From Selaginella moellendorffii (lineage: Eukaryota > Plantae > Lycopodiophyta): DNA of 64,000 nucleotides. Both the position numbers and the translations under genes were made by a program. The stretch is taken from assembly GCF_000143415.4 (NCBI RefSeq), contig NW_003314262.1, positions 4,378,349-4,442,348 on the forward strand. The letters are read 5' to 3'. The notes under the pieces are model-generated. The model saw nothing but the letters and a program-made list of their open reading frames with translations, had not been told where the DNA came from and made no database searches. Positions within the stretch are counted from its first letter, which is position 1. Each line of letters begins with the position of its first letter. Below are positions 1 to 11,056 of this stretch, one piece after another.

Positions 1-1000
1 GTATGCCAAGCCTTTTCAATGCGTAAATAACTAAGGCCAACTGTATTATTATAATACATGTAACTCACTTTGCATTTTATTTTTAATAATTATTTTTAAA
101 TATATCTTTTTCAAACCAAGCATCTGACTCTTAGTGTCCCATGGAACATAAAATCTACTAATTTTATAACTTCCACCATAACTTATTATGTACCAATGTT
201 TCAAACCCTCAACGAATCTGACTATAATACTCTTTTAGCCATCCATTCATTTACCAACAAAACGTTTATCAGCAAAAACTTGTCAGTTACAATTTACTAC
301 CAGCCAGTTAACCATTGACTTTTTATATGGCTTTTAACCTTGGCCATCTGCATAAATTATGTTTTACAGTAGCCATTAATCTTTGGAGTTTAAACAACAA
401 ATCCCCCAATTCTATTTAAATAATCTGGAACAAATGTTTCCTGTCATTGACAGAGATGGTTGTCCAAAGATAGGCAAATTTTTATGGTTATGTGAAGTTT
501 AACAGTAATTCCTTTGATCTTACCCTGGTTCTTCTACACCAAGAGAAAGTATCTACGAACAGGCTGGATGACTGCTCAACTTGCAAGGCTATTTTAGCAA
601 TTCCCTTTCATTCCAGTGGGACCAAAGCACCAAAGTTCATGGTTTTTCCACGGGAAATCTTGTAGAAATGGAAGAAGACAACATTGAAATATCGTCATAC
701 TTGAGATTTTTCGGCCATACATATGGTCGGTATTGCAAGAGCTAGGAATCTCTTCTCTGGCTGTGCGATTAAATCTGGCTACAGTAGAGCAATACGAGCA
801 AAATCCCAACAAACAAGTTGTGAGCAAGTCGGTGTTCTTTGTATTTTTCTTTCTCGACATGTTTCCCATGCCTCGAAGTGACTCGCGAGCCAATCAACGT
901 TGGAAGAGCAAACGATGAAACATCAAGCAATTGTACAATACGGACCAACATGGAAAAGAAATCAAAGCAAAGAGTCTATCTGATCGCTACAAGTCACCTT

Positions 1001-1066
1001 CCACGTCAGCGGGCCCCGCTCCACATCAGCTATGACTCGAAACAGCTCAGCATAATTGCCACGTGG
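1001..1066. promoter_or_regulatory. ABRE/G-box elements (CCACGTCA at 1001; GCCACGTGG at 1058-1066) upstream of the sugar transporter
   Basis: Exact ACGT-core motifs 240-300 bp upstream of the ATG at 1302; function not demonstrated. Confidence 0.4.
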
Positions 1067-1301
1067 ATTTTGAGCACACACGGTCTTTTATACCGTGAAT
1101 TGTGTTTGTGTGTGTGCTCCTTTTTCTTCCCCCGCCCCCCATGCGTGTAGCCTCTCTAGGGTTTCCCTGTTCTTGTGTGCCACTGGAGTGGAATCGCGGC
1201 ACGCGGCGAATCTTCCGGCATTTCCAAGGCTGTAAGATTACTTAACAGCGCCTAGAATCGCGAGCTCGGGCTGGAAATCTTGCGAATCCGGGGCTACATT
1301 C

Positions 1302-3601
1302 ATGGGGGTGGATTTGGAAGTGGGGAGGAATGGCGAGCGGCAGCCTCTGCTGGCCGGGAAGAGCAGCAAGAGCACTGGTAGCAGCAGCCGGGGCAAGAGA
1401 CGCGAGAAGCGAGTGAGGGGAAGTGTTCTCTACACGGTGTTTTGCACCATCGTCGTGGCTCTGGGGCCGATCACGTTTGGTTTCTCGGTAAGCTCGCTTT
1501 CCCTTCTTCGTGAATTTCTAATTTTGAGAAAGATATATCTAACTGTTCGTTGTTTGCTACTTTTTCCCTCTTTCCTTTTGTAGGTCGGCTATTCATCTCC
1601 CACGCAGCAAAAATTGACCGAGGATTTGGGGCTTAGTCTCTCCGAGGTACTGAGAGAACTGTGAAATCTTGTCTAGAAATTCTGCTAACTTGTTTTTGTA
1701 GTTCTCCATGTATGGTTCTCTGGTAAATGCCGGTGCCATGGCTGGAGCTATTCTCAGTGGCCGTATAGCTGATCGCTTTGGACGGAAAGGGGTAAGCAGG
1801 CCAAGCGCGAAACAAAAAGTTCTCATTCTTTTGCTCTTTTTATCAGGCACTTGTAATTGCTTCGATTCCACACATTGCTGGATGGATCTTAAACGCCCTG
1901 GCCATGGTAAGTAGCTTCTCGCTGTCAATTCAGCATCACGAAGTTTCCTTTTTGTTCCAGAATGTCGCCAGCCTGTACATAGCAAGATTGCTCGTCGGGT
2001 TTGGAGTCGGTGTTATTTCTTTCACTGTAAGTGCGTCAAAGTTCGATTTCTCTTATTTAATTTGGAAATTCAGGTACCAATGTACATTGCTGAGATTTCT
2101 CCCAAAAATTTGAGAGGAAGCCTGGGTGCTATAAATCAGGTGAGTCCGTTCCTTCGAAGTATAGCTCACCGTACTGATCTTGTATTTTTTTCGTTTTGTA
2201 GCTTTCAGTTACCACTGGAATCTTCTTGTCGTACTTAGGAGGTCTTGTTTTGCCCTGGAGAACTCTTGCTTTAGTTGGTATGCCACGCGCCGTGTTTGTT
2301 TTTGAGCACTCTCTAATGCCTGCCTTTTGTTGGTCAGGGGTTGCTCCGTGTAGCGTTCTCCTCGTGGGCCTTTTCTTTATTCCAGAATCTCCTCGGTGGC
2401 TGGTCAGTCTCTCGCCAGCCTTTTCTTTTTCCCTGGTTGACTTACTCGTTGGTTGCTTGTGAAGGCCAAAATGGGGATTGAAGACACTCTTATCACGTCA
2501 CTGCAAGCATTGCGTGGAAAGGACTCCGATATTTCTTCAGAAGTATCGGAAATCAAGGTAATTCCATTTGGTTTTTTGTTAGATTTCCACGCTGACACAT
2601 TACTTTTGCAAATAGGACGCCGTCGATATATCGTATAAGCAAGAGGCTAATGTAAGGATGTCTGACCTTTGCAAGAAGACGATTTTCCTTCCCCTTACTG
2701 TAAGTCAATGTAGTGTTTACGCTTGCATGTTCTATCTAACACGGCTCTGCTCTTGCATGACTGAAGATCACAATCGGGTTGCTATTGTTGCAACAAATTT
2801 CGGGCATCAATGCTATTTTGTTCTATTCTAGTGCCATATTCCACTCTGCGGGTATGATCGTATTGATGTGCTATGCTTATTTATTAAGCTCTTTCTTTTG
2901 TACAGGATTCAGCTCAAGCAATCTTGCGTCGCTCTCGTTGGCTCTCCTTCAGGTAAATATCCATATATCAAGCCATCACCATATCATAACACACTGTTCT
3001 TGCAGGTGGTAATGACCGGCGTGGCTGCTGTGCTCATGGACAGAGCCGGACGACGCCTCCTTCTCATGGTCTCGGGCGCTGGAATGGCAGTGAGCTGCTT
3101 TCTAGTCGGATTTGCATTCTATCTGCAACAGCATATGGACGCGACTTCTCACTTTGCACCCTTTGTCGGCAACCTCGCGTTGATCAGTCTATTGGTAAGT
3201 CTCTCAAGGAAAACTAGTTTCTCCCGTGAACTAACATAGGCGTGCTCGCAATCTAGGTGTACATAACCTCCTTCGCTCTGGGAATGGGGCCTATTCCCTG
3301 GATCATAATGTCCGAGGTTCTTCCCGCACACATCAAAGGCTTGGGTGGAAGCGTTGCAACGTTGGTGAACTGGACTTTCTCGTGGCTTGTGACTATGTCC
3401 TTTAATTTCTTACTCAACTGGAGCTCCACAGGTAAAACAAGCTTTCTCCAGAGATGTGGAACTAATGCTCTCTTTTTCTCTCCAGGTTCTTTCGCTCTCT
3501 TCGCTGGAATGTGCGCGTTCACTGTCCTGTTCGTGGCTGTTCTAGTCCCTGAAACTCGGGGAAGAACACTGGAAGAGATCGAAGCTCTCTTCCAGGAGTA
3601 G
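1302..3601 (+). CDS. ERD6-like MFS monosaccharide transporter (multi-exon, probably tonoplast)
   Basis: Spliced exons give sugar-porter motifs: [49 protein letters not shown]-terminal dileucine ERQPLL. Many ~50-nt GT-AG introns. Confidence 0.93.
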
Positions 3602-3774
3602 CAAGGCTCTCGTTCGCGCTTTCATTTCCACCATTCCATACACCAGGGGGATTCGCTATATTCATTACCACAGAAGTGTTCGGCTCGATTTTTTTGTCCC
3701 CTCGCCAAAAAGCGTAAATATTTGTAAGACTTGTGTAAAGAGAGAAAAGGTTTGATCTCGAGCTTTCTAGCAAA

Positions 3775-3912
3775 AACGAATAAAAATGCGATTTCCATGA
3801 ATGATTATAAGTAGTGTGGGAACTGAAGAAAAAAAAAATCCAAGCTTTCTCACGATCCGCTACGAATAAATGCGAGTTTCATGAAAAATTGTAAGTAGTG
3901 AGCATTTGGAAG
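3775..3912 (+). repeat. Imperfect tandem duplication (~50 bp core, CGAATAAA...AAGTAGTG) between the convergent transporter and kinase genes
   Basis: cgaataaaaatgcgatttccatgaatgattataagtagtg versus cgaataaatgcgagtttcatgaaaaattgtaagtagtg; each copy carries AATAAA. Confidence 0.6.
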
Positions 3913-3956
3913 CTCCAAAGAATAGAAGAAAAAACAAAAATCCACATGGCTAGAAC

Positions 3957-6707
3957 TTATCTTCCTTGAGGATTGACGAGCTGGGAGAAGACCGCGCTGG
4001 CGGAGGCGTCCTCCGAGTAGCCATCGTAGTAATCGTCAGTAACTTCGCTCGTGGTTCGCTGGCTCTCGTTAGAAGCTTGCCCAGGCGCTTGACGAGCGCT
4101 GATTGGAACACTAGAAGTAGCACCACCATTCTCCACCGCCCCAGCCGCCGGCGCCGCTACTCCACCGCCAGCATCGCCACCACCACCACCATTCTCACGT
4201 CCAAATCTCCTCTGCGCGGCCTCCTGGATGTGCAGCGCCGACTCGAGGTTCCACAGCACATCGCCCATGCTCGGCCTCTGGACGCCATTCTCTTGCAAGC
4301 ACTTGTCCGCGGTCTCGCCAACTTTCCTCACCGACGCCATGTCCGCGTCCTCGTCGCTCCCGGGCCTCCGCAGCGTCGGGTCCAGTATCTCCTCCAGCCT
4401 CCCGCTGCGCTGCGCGCTCATCGCCCACTCGGCGATGTTAACTTGCTCTCTTGGCAGCGCCGGATCGATGGCGGGACGCGCGCACATCACCTCCACCATC
4501 ACCACTCCAAAGCTGTACACGTCCGACTTGTCCGTGAGCTGCTGCCGCCGGAAGTACTCCGGATCCAGGTACCCGAAGCTCCCCTTCACGGCCGTGGAGA
4601 CGTGCGTTTGATCCAGCATCGGCCCCGTCTTGGACAGCCCAAAGTCGGACACTTTCGCCACCAGATGCTCGTCTAGAAGGATGTTGGTGGTCTTCACGTC
4701 CCGGTGGATGATCGCGGCTCCGGTGTGGAGGTAGTGCAATCCCCGCGCCGCCCCGACCAGGATCTCCAGCCGGTGCCGCCAGGGTAGCGGCTGGAGATCC
4801 TCCGTGCCGTAGAGATGGCCGCGGAGAGGCCCTCGGGCCATGTACTCGTAGACCAGGATCATCTCCGACTGCTCGTCGCAGTATCCGATGAGAGAGACAA
4901 GGTGGCGGTGGCGGAGCTTCGATAGGAGCCCGATCTCCGCCTGGAACTCGGCTATGCCTTGCTCCGACCTCGGGTTGCCGCGCTTCACCGCCACCTCCAG
5001 CGTGCCATTGTCGATCTCGCCCTTGTAGACGCGACCGAATCCTCCCACGCCGAGGAGCCTTGTCTCGTCGAAGCTGTTCGTGGCCTCGGCGATCTCCTGG
5101 AGCGTGAAGTAGCGGCCGTGGCCTCCGGCGCTGGCAGCCGAGCCGGCATTGTAGTAGCTCCCGGCGGCGCTCCTGGGCGAGCCGGCTCCCATCGTGGAGC
5201 CGAGCGTGGTGAGCGAGAAAGCATGGTGGTGGTGGTGGGGGTGGCCATTTCCCAAAGCTTGCCAGGACGAAGTGCTCGGCTTCTTCCCGCCACCTTTGCA
5301 GCAGCGGAAGAAGAAACAAATCGCGAGCGCGATCGCCACCAGCGCGAACACCCCGCCAGCGACGCAGCCGATTATCACACCGAGGTGGTGGCCTCCGTTA
5401 CCGCCACTGTCCGAGCTCCGCGGCACCACAGCCAGCCCATCCACGCTCCCGGACGAGTCGTTGAGCCGGAAGATCTCCACGCCGTTTAGAATCGCGTCCT
5501 GGACCTGGCTGTTCGATCCGGTGAGAGGCCCGACTTGGAGCCGGAGGTTAGCGAGCCCGTCCACTGGAAGAACCAGGAAATCTCGGTAGTAGGGAGTGTT
5601 GGCGGCGCCGGTTTGCTGGATCAAATCTAGAGCTCGGATGGCTGTCCGGTTGTTGATGTAAACGCTGAAGATCCTTTGCATTGGAGAGCTGTAGACGAGC
5701 TCCGCGAAGTGGAGGCGGACGTAGTGGGCATAGCCGGGCGCGACCGAGAACGCCCACGAGATGTTAAACGCGTTTGTGACGGTGTTGGAGCCGCCCAGGG
5801 ACCGCGCGGTACCGTAGACGCCGCGCGGCGCAATGTACTCGGGCACCGTGGCCGGGTAGACGATGTCCGGTACAGCCGGCGGCACGGGCACCCCTCGCGC
5901 GACTCCTTGGAGGAAGGGCTCGTCCGGCAGCCACGTCCGGGCCTGGGAGGAGGAATCGTTGCCCGGGGCGATGAGGTCCCCGCCCACATTGAGGCGGTAG
6001 AGCGTGCGCGCCAGGATCCCGGCGATCTCCACTTGCCGGCTCTCGCTGGCCTCGGGCGAGATCTCCACGACGCTGGGCGACAGCGCGTCGCGCGCCATGG
6101 AGATGAGCTCGATGCCGCTGACGAAGGCGATGAAGGAGGCGCTGGGGGTGAGCGTGACGGCGACGGCGGTGCCGCTGGTGTGGATCGTGAACTCCCTCAC
6201 CACCGGGCTCGATCCATTGCCGGCGGCAATGTCTTCCGCGATGCTGGAGTTCGCGACGAGCAGCCGCGATCCAATCGCGACCGAGAAGCGCGCACGCGAG
6301 GAGGCGTCCGCGAGAGGGGCGAAGTGGAGGCGGACCCAATGCCGTCCCGGGCTGATGGAGAAGCTATAGCTTGCCGGGCTGGTGAATACCCGTGCCGCGC
6401 GGTATGGGACGGAGGTACCGCTCGTACCGCGCGTACTGTTGGTCGGCGTGCCGCCGGCAACAAGCCTGGGATTCTCGGCATCGGGCGTCCATTCCAGGCC
6501 ATTGCCATCGATGTCGCTGCGCGATTCCCCACAGCTGATCCTAAACACATCCTGTGGCTTCCACTGCGCGCTGGATCGGCCCAAGAGCGCGAGGAAGGAG
6601 GCGAGAACGATGAAGAAGAAGAGGGGATGATCTGGGCGAGAAATTGGGCGATTCCCTCGATCAATTCTCATCTGGGCGGCTAGAATTCGCGTACCTGTGA
6701 CCCGCAT
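3957..6707 (-). CDS. CrRLK1L malectin-like receptor kinase (THESEUS1/HERK-like), intronless
   Basis: 916-aa ORF: signal peptide, malectin-like motifs (ISCG, WVRLHF, TLYRLNVGG, YVRLHFAE, AILNGVEI), TM helix, kinase with GVGGFG, VAVKR, HRDVK, DFG, TAVKGSFGYLDPEY. Confidence 0.95.
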   Translation of the reverse strand: MRVTGTRILAAQMRIDRGNRPISRPDHPLFFFIVLASFLALLGRSSAQWKPQDVFRISCGESRSDIDGNGLEWTPDAENPRLVAGGTPTNSTRGTSGTSVPYRAARVFTSPASYSFSISPGRHWVRLHFAPLADASSRARFSVAIGSRLLVANSSIAEDIAAGNGSSPVVREFTIHTSGTAVAVTLTPSASFIAFVSGIELISMARDALSPSVVEISPEASESRQVEIAGILARTLYRLNVGGDLIAPGNDSSSQARTWLPDEPFLQGVARGVPVPPAVPDIVYPATVPEYIAPRGVYGTARSLGGSNTVTNAFNISWAFSVAPGYAHYVRLHFAELVYSSPMQRIFSVYINNRTAIRALDLIQQTGAANTPYYRDFLVLPVDGLANLRLQVGPLTGSNSQVQDAILNGVEIFRLNDSSGSVDGLAVVPRSSDSGGNGGHHLGVIIGCVAGGVFALVAIALAICFFFRCCKGGGKKPSTSSWQALGNGHPHHHHHAFSLTTLGSTMGAGSPRSAAGSYYNAGSAASAGGHGRYFTLQEIAEATNSFDETRLLGVGGFGRVYKGEIDNGTLEVAVKRGNPRSEQGIAEFQAEIGLLSKLRHRHLVSLIGYCDEQSEMILVYEYMARGPLRGHLYGTEDLQPLPWRHRLEILVGAARGLHYLHTGAAIIHRDVKTTNILLDEHLVAKVSDFGLSKTGPMLDQTHVSTAVKGSFGYLDPEYFRRQQLTDKSDVYSFGVVMVEVMCARPAIDPALPREQVNIAEWAMSAQRSGRLEEILDPTLRRPGSDEDADMASVRKVGETADKCLQENGVQRPSMGDVLWNLESALHIQEAAQRRFGRENGGGGGDAGGGVAAPAAGAVENGGATSSVPISARQAPGQASNESQRTTSEVTDDYYDGYSEDASASAVFSQLVNPQGR

Positions 6708-6993
6708 TGCCGCGACTTGGAGCTCAGATCATGGGAGGGAGCCGCGCTCGATCTGATCGAAGTGGAACCCTATAGTGTTTGTTTTTTTTTTTTTCTCTCT
6801 TCTTTCCGAATCGTGCGAGAAGGGCTCGCCGCATTGGGCGGTGGTTTTGGCTGGATCCAGTTCACTCCACTGGCAGTACCAAGCGCGTCCCCATTAGATC
6901 TAAGCAAAACAGAGACAAATTAAAGTTCTTTTTCTTTTAGGGTTCTTCGCGAATTTAGGGTTCCTCCTCTGTTTCTAGGGTTTGTGGATCTTC

Positions 6994-8004
6994 TCACTTG
7001 CTGGTGACCGCGGCGCCATCGCTCACGGACGAATGTGGCTGCTGCTGCTTGCCCAAGTGCTGTTGCTGATCGATCAGGGCCGGGAATGGCGCGGCCAGGA
7101 ATTGAAAGGAATCGAGGCCCGGGGGTGGATGGTGCCATTGCGGAAGAGGCCCCGCCAGGAGGAGCGTGTGGAGCAGTGGGCCGGCGTTCATCACCGCCTG
7201 GAGCAGCTTGCCGCGCTCGGGGAGATTTCGCAGCATTAGGTTGAGATTCATCTCGGTGGTCGCGTGATCTTCCACGGCGACGGCGGTGGGATCCTCGAAT
7301 TTCCTGGCCAAGGGATCGAAGTCTCTCCCTGCCCTGGCATAGTCGCTGTGCTGCTGGAGGGGCGTGAGGATGGAAGCGAGCGCCGAGCCATTGTTTTGGA
7401 GCGAGGAGCTTAGAATGGTGGTGGTGGCCGGGGAGAAGAGGCTTGGAGGGAGATGGGGTGGAGGAGGATCGAATGGGCTTTGTTGCTGGAAGTGGTGGTG
7501 ATTCTCGGCATTAGAGTCCACCATCGCGGCAGACGCTGCCACCAAGGGCTCCACGCTATACAGCGAGAATCCACCATCGCCACCACGATCATCGTCCACT
7601 TGCGCAGCTCCTCCTCCTCCAAGCAAAGTGGCTTGATCCTCGCGGCTGTTCTCGAAGCTGGGGAAATCAAACCACTCGGCGGACTGATCGTGGTGATCGT
7701 TGAAGCTGCTGTGGTGATCCAGGGGGCTGTCAGCGATGAAGGAAGCGGCGGCGGCGAGGCTGCAGCTCGAGATGCTGGAGCTACACACCACCACATTGCT
7801 TTGGAGCTCCATGAATCTCTGGATGGCTTCGTCGCGCTCCCGGCGCGCGATCACCAAGAGCTCCTCCAGCTGCGCCACCTTGGCTTTGTGGACCGCCGCC
7901 TGGGCCTTGGCCGCTGACCGCGTCGACTCCAGCTCCAGCTTTGCCGCCATGATCGTGCTCCTCAGCTCCTCGACGCTCTGGATGGGTTTTGCGATTCGTT
8001 CCAT
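6994..8004 (-). CDS. DUF1635-family protein (N-terminal coiled coil)
   Basis: SVEELRSTIMAAKLELE...RERDEA coiled coil and C-terminal LPERGKLLQAVMNAGPLLHTLLLAGPLPQWHHPPP signature; first ATG at 8004. Confidence 0.85.
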   Translation of the reverse strand: MERIAKPIQSVEELRSTIMAAKLELESTRSAAKAQAAVHKAKVAQLEELLVIARRERDEAIQRFMELQSNVVVCSSSISSCSLAAAASFIADSPLDHHSSFNDHHDQSAEWFDFPSFENSREDQATLLGGGGAAQVDDDRGGDGGFSLYSVEPLVAASAAMVDSNAENHHHFQQQSPFDPPPPHLPPSLFSPATTTILSSSLQNNGSALASILTPLQQHSDYARAGRDFDPLARKFEDPTAVAVEDHATTEMNLNLMLRNLPERGKLLQAVMNAGPLLHTLLLAGPLPQWHHPPPGLDSFQFLAAPFPALIDQQQHLGKQQQPHSSVSDGAAVTSK

Positions 8005-8447
8005 CGCCAAAGAAGGATCACGATCACGTAAGAACACACTCGAGCAGCGATCGATCGACCAACCTGGTTGGAGCGGCCGTTTGGCGAAGAGCTCCCAATG
8101 CTTCCATCCATGGACGAAACGCTAGCTTCCATCTCTCAGCGCTCCTCTCTCATGCTTGAAAGGAAGATGGGTTTCCAATTGTGGAAGACCAACGGCTTTA
8201 AAAGCGAAGACCGGCATTTAAATCGCTACTCCTAGTATTTGGTAAGCAAATTAAAGCTAGTTTACCACTAATTCACGCACCAACCGTCCGGGTCAACTCT
8301 AAAGTCAACAATTTTGACTTTTAAACATTGTCTGTTGATGCGTAGAATATTCTTATATTATGGTCAAATAACGCTTAAACAACGAGGTACTTCTTTTAAG
8401 TTCTATTCGATGGTATATCGTAGCAAAGCAAAGGAAGAAATAAAACT

Positions 8448-9085
8448 TTGGGCAGTTTTTCGTTCCCTAAGATTCCTAGTGAGTTTCATAGGGCTGTGCG
8501 ATCTCAGTCACGAAGTTCCAGTATTAGATATATCCATCTTGGAGACCATCGATTCAAGAAAGAGCTTTCCAAGCCCTCGTGGAAAGCTGGGGATTCTTCC
8601 TGTTGCTAGGACATGGAATTCGGACGAGGTCGGTTTTGCGACCAGCTTCGAGGCGTCCAAGCAGGTCCAGACGTCACCTTGCGATCCAAGCAAGCTTCCG
8701 GCAAATCTGGCGCGCGACAGAGACGTCTCCACGAGTTATGGAGCGGAGGTCACCGCTCTGTCCAGGCGGCTGCTGGAGCTCTTCTCGGAATCGCTGGGAC
8801 TTGGAGCGAGTGAGCTAGTTAACATGAGGCTGAATCATTGTCCTCGAAGCCTCACTCGGACATAAACGCCTTCGCGATCTTGGGAGGGCCTCCAATTTCT
8901 CTCTTTTGTTTGGATTCTATCGATTGAGTTTTCTTCTCGATCGATCACGCGTTAGATCTCTCCAATGGCGAGGAGTGGTCAATCCCGAAAGAGATCGAGT
9001 TTCCATCGTTTGCTTCTATAGTCCCGGTCTGGGCGGAGCTTGATGCCCTTTGTACGGAGAATATACCAAAGCCTTCGAGCGGGAT
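8448..9085 (+). pseudogene. Decayed tandem copy of the adjacent 2OG-Fe(II) dioxygenase
   Basis: Colinear with 9356-10404 (HEVPV-DIS, SWGFF, PCDPSKLP, RRLLELFSESLGL), but ATG is TTG and there are many deletions and frameshifts; the upstream tcaactctaaagtcaacaa is also duplicated. Confidence 0.88.
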
Positions 9086-9355
9086 TTTGGTTTAATGAAT
9101 AATATTTTTGTTTGCTTGTTTATTATTTGAATAGATAAAGAAGCTGATGGGCGCGAGGCTTTTCAACTCTAAAGTCAACAAATCTATCTTTCTAGCGCAT
9201 TTATCTGTCTTTTTGCGCATAGGACTTTTGGAAATTAAAACATAGATGCGTGTCAAATCTAAGGAGTGACCAATACATGTCTTGGTCATTTGATCGCGAG
9301 GCATTCTCCTTAAGTTCGCGTTCTTTTAGATCGTAGAAAAGGGGAAAAAAGAATC

Positions 9356-10404
9356 ATGGGCAGTCTTTCGTTCTTCAAGATTCCTGGTGAGTTTCACAGG
9401 GCTCCGGATCCACACCCATGGAAAGATCTCGATCACGAAGTTCCAGTGGTGGACATATCCAACTTGGAGGAGACCGACTCAAGGGAGAGAGCACTCCAAG
9501 CTCTCCGGGACGCCTGTGAGAGCTGGGGATTCTTCCAGTTGCTAGGACATGGAATTCCCCGCGAGCTCAGCGACGAGATGATGGAGGTGGCCTACAAGTT
9601 CTTCGATCTTCCAGCCCAAGACAAGCTCGTCTACTACTCGGACAATGTCTTGGACGAGGTCGGTTTTGCGACCAACTTCGAGGTGTCCAAGAGTCGGCGG
9701 CCAAGCGCAACCTGGCAGGAGTTTTTCTTCCAGATGTGCTCCCCACCTTGCGATCCAAGCAAGCTTCCAGAAAATCCCGCGAGCTACCGAAACGTCTCCA
9801 CCAGTTATGGAGCGGAGATCACTGCTCTGGCCAGGCGGCTGCTGGAGCTCTTCTCGGAATCTCTGGGACTTGAAGGGAGCGAGCTCGCCGGGAGATTCGA
9901 AGGCGAGCTCATGTCCATGAGGCTGAATCACTATCCTCCCTGCCCGGAGCCACAGCTCACCATTGGAATCCAGCCTCACTCGGACATAAACGCCTTCACG
10001 ATCTTGCAGCAGGACGTAGAGGGCCTTCAAGTTCTTCACGATGGAGCGTGGGTGACTCTCAAGCCTTTGCCCGGAGCTCTCGTGGTCAACATTGGAGACC
10101 AGCTCCAGGTATGCTCTTGCTTTCTTAGATTCTCTACATTGAGTGCGCGTGCTAGATTCTCTCCAACGATAAGTTCAAGAGCGTGGAGCATCGAGGAGTG
10201 GTCAATGCCGAAAGAGCTCGAGTCTCCATCGCCTGCTTCTATAGCCCCGGTCTGGGTGCTCGCATTGGGCCCATCCCGGAGCTTGTCAACGAGGAATGTC
10301 CCGCGAAATTCAAAGAAAGTTTGTATGGAGAATATGCCAAAGCCTCTCTTAGCATGGAGCTCAATAGGAAGAGCGCTCTGTCCACTCTCAAAGTTGACGT
10401 ATGA
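9356..10404 (+). CDS. 2-oxoglutarate/Fe(II)-dependent dioxygenase (DOXC class; DMR6/F3H-like fold), 333 aa
   Basis: Exons 9356-10108 and 10156-10404 (47-nt intron). ACESWGFFQ, RLNHYPPCP, H-S-D...H iron triad (PHSD, VEHR), R-x-S 2OG-binding motif (RVSIA). Confidence 0.93.
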
Positions 10405-11056
10405 AAAGGTAATTTTGTTTTCGGTAATTTTGTTTTCGAACAAAAAGAGAATCTTAAGCTTTAGAAAAAGCAAATCCAAAGGTTTAATAAGACGATCATT
10501 CTCAATACATAACACTTCTGTAATGTTTGAGATAAATGGTGCCTCAGGGGAGATCATAGTAGTCGCCTGTACCACACAAGCATTAGCTTGCAAGAACTTT
10601 CATCATGTTTTGTCACAAAAAGAGATTATTTTGAGAGGTTTACTCCATGCTTGTTCTTGCCTCTGTGGTGCTTGCTATGATCCAATGCCAGGCCGCCGCA
10701 CCACAACGCAACCATGTAACGCTCGACACCACTCCGTTTCTTGGCACTGCCTCCACGTTCTTCTGCCCGTGCCACTGCTTCTACTGTTACAGCTCTTCGT
10801 TGTTTCATCTCCCCGGAACAGGTTTGCAACTATGCCGCTTGCTCTTGCCACACTTCACTTGGATTGCAGGACCAAAAGCCCGTGAAGCTCGAGCTGCCAA
10901 GCACTCTTTTCAACCTCTGGAGTAAACACTGGTGATCAGTAGTAGCAAAGGTGCCTTGTTTCAGAGCGCAGAGATCTGGAAACGTAGTATTTTCCATTAG
11001 TTTGAGGGACCAAGAAACGTGTTTATGCTTACTTGCGAAGGCACGAGGAGCACAGA

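Noticed and set aside
1-960. Short ORFs and AT-rich sequence at the window start
   Set aside because: No recognisable motif or consistent splice pattern; may be intergenic or a decayed TE, but cannot be supported
3966-6683. Long antisense and alternate-frame ORFs (236, 293, 335 aa) over the CrRLK1L gene
   Set aside because: Expected shadows of GC3-rich coding sequence; no domain features
9356-10885. 509-aa ORF as a single protein
   Set aside because: Read-through of the 47-nt intron into the wrong frame; the spliced 333-aa product restores the distal His and RxS motifs
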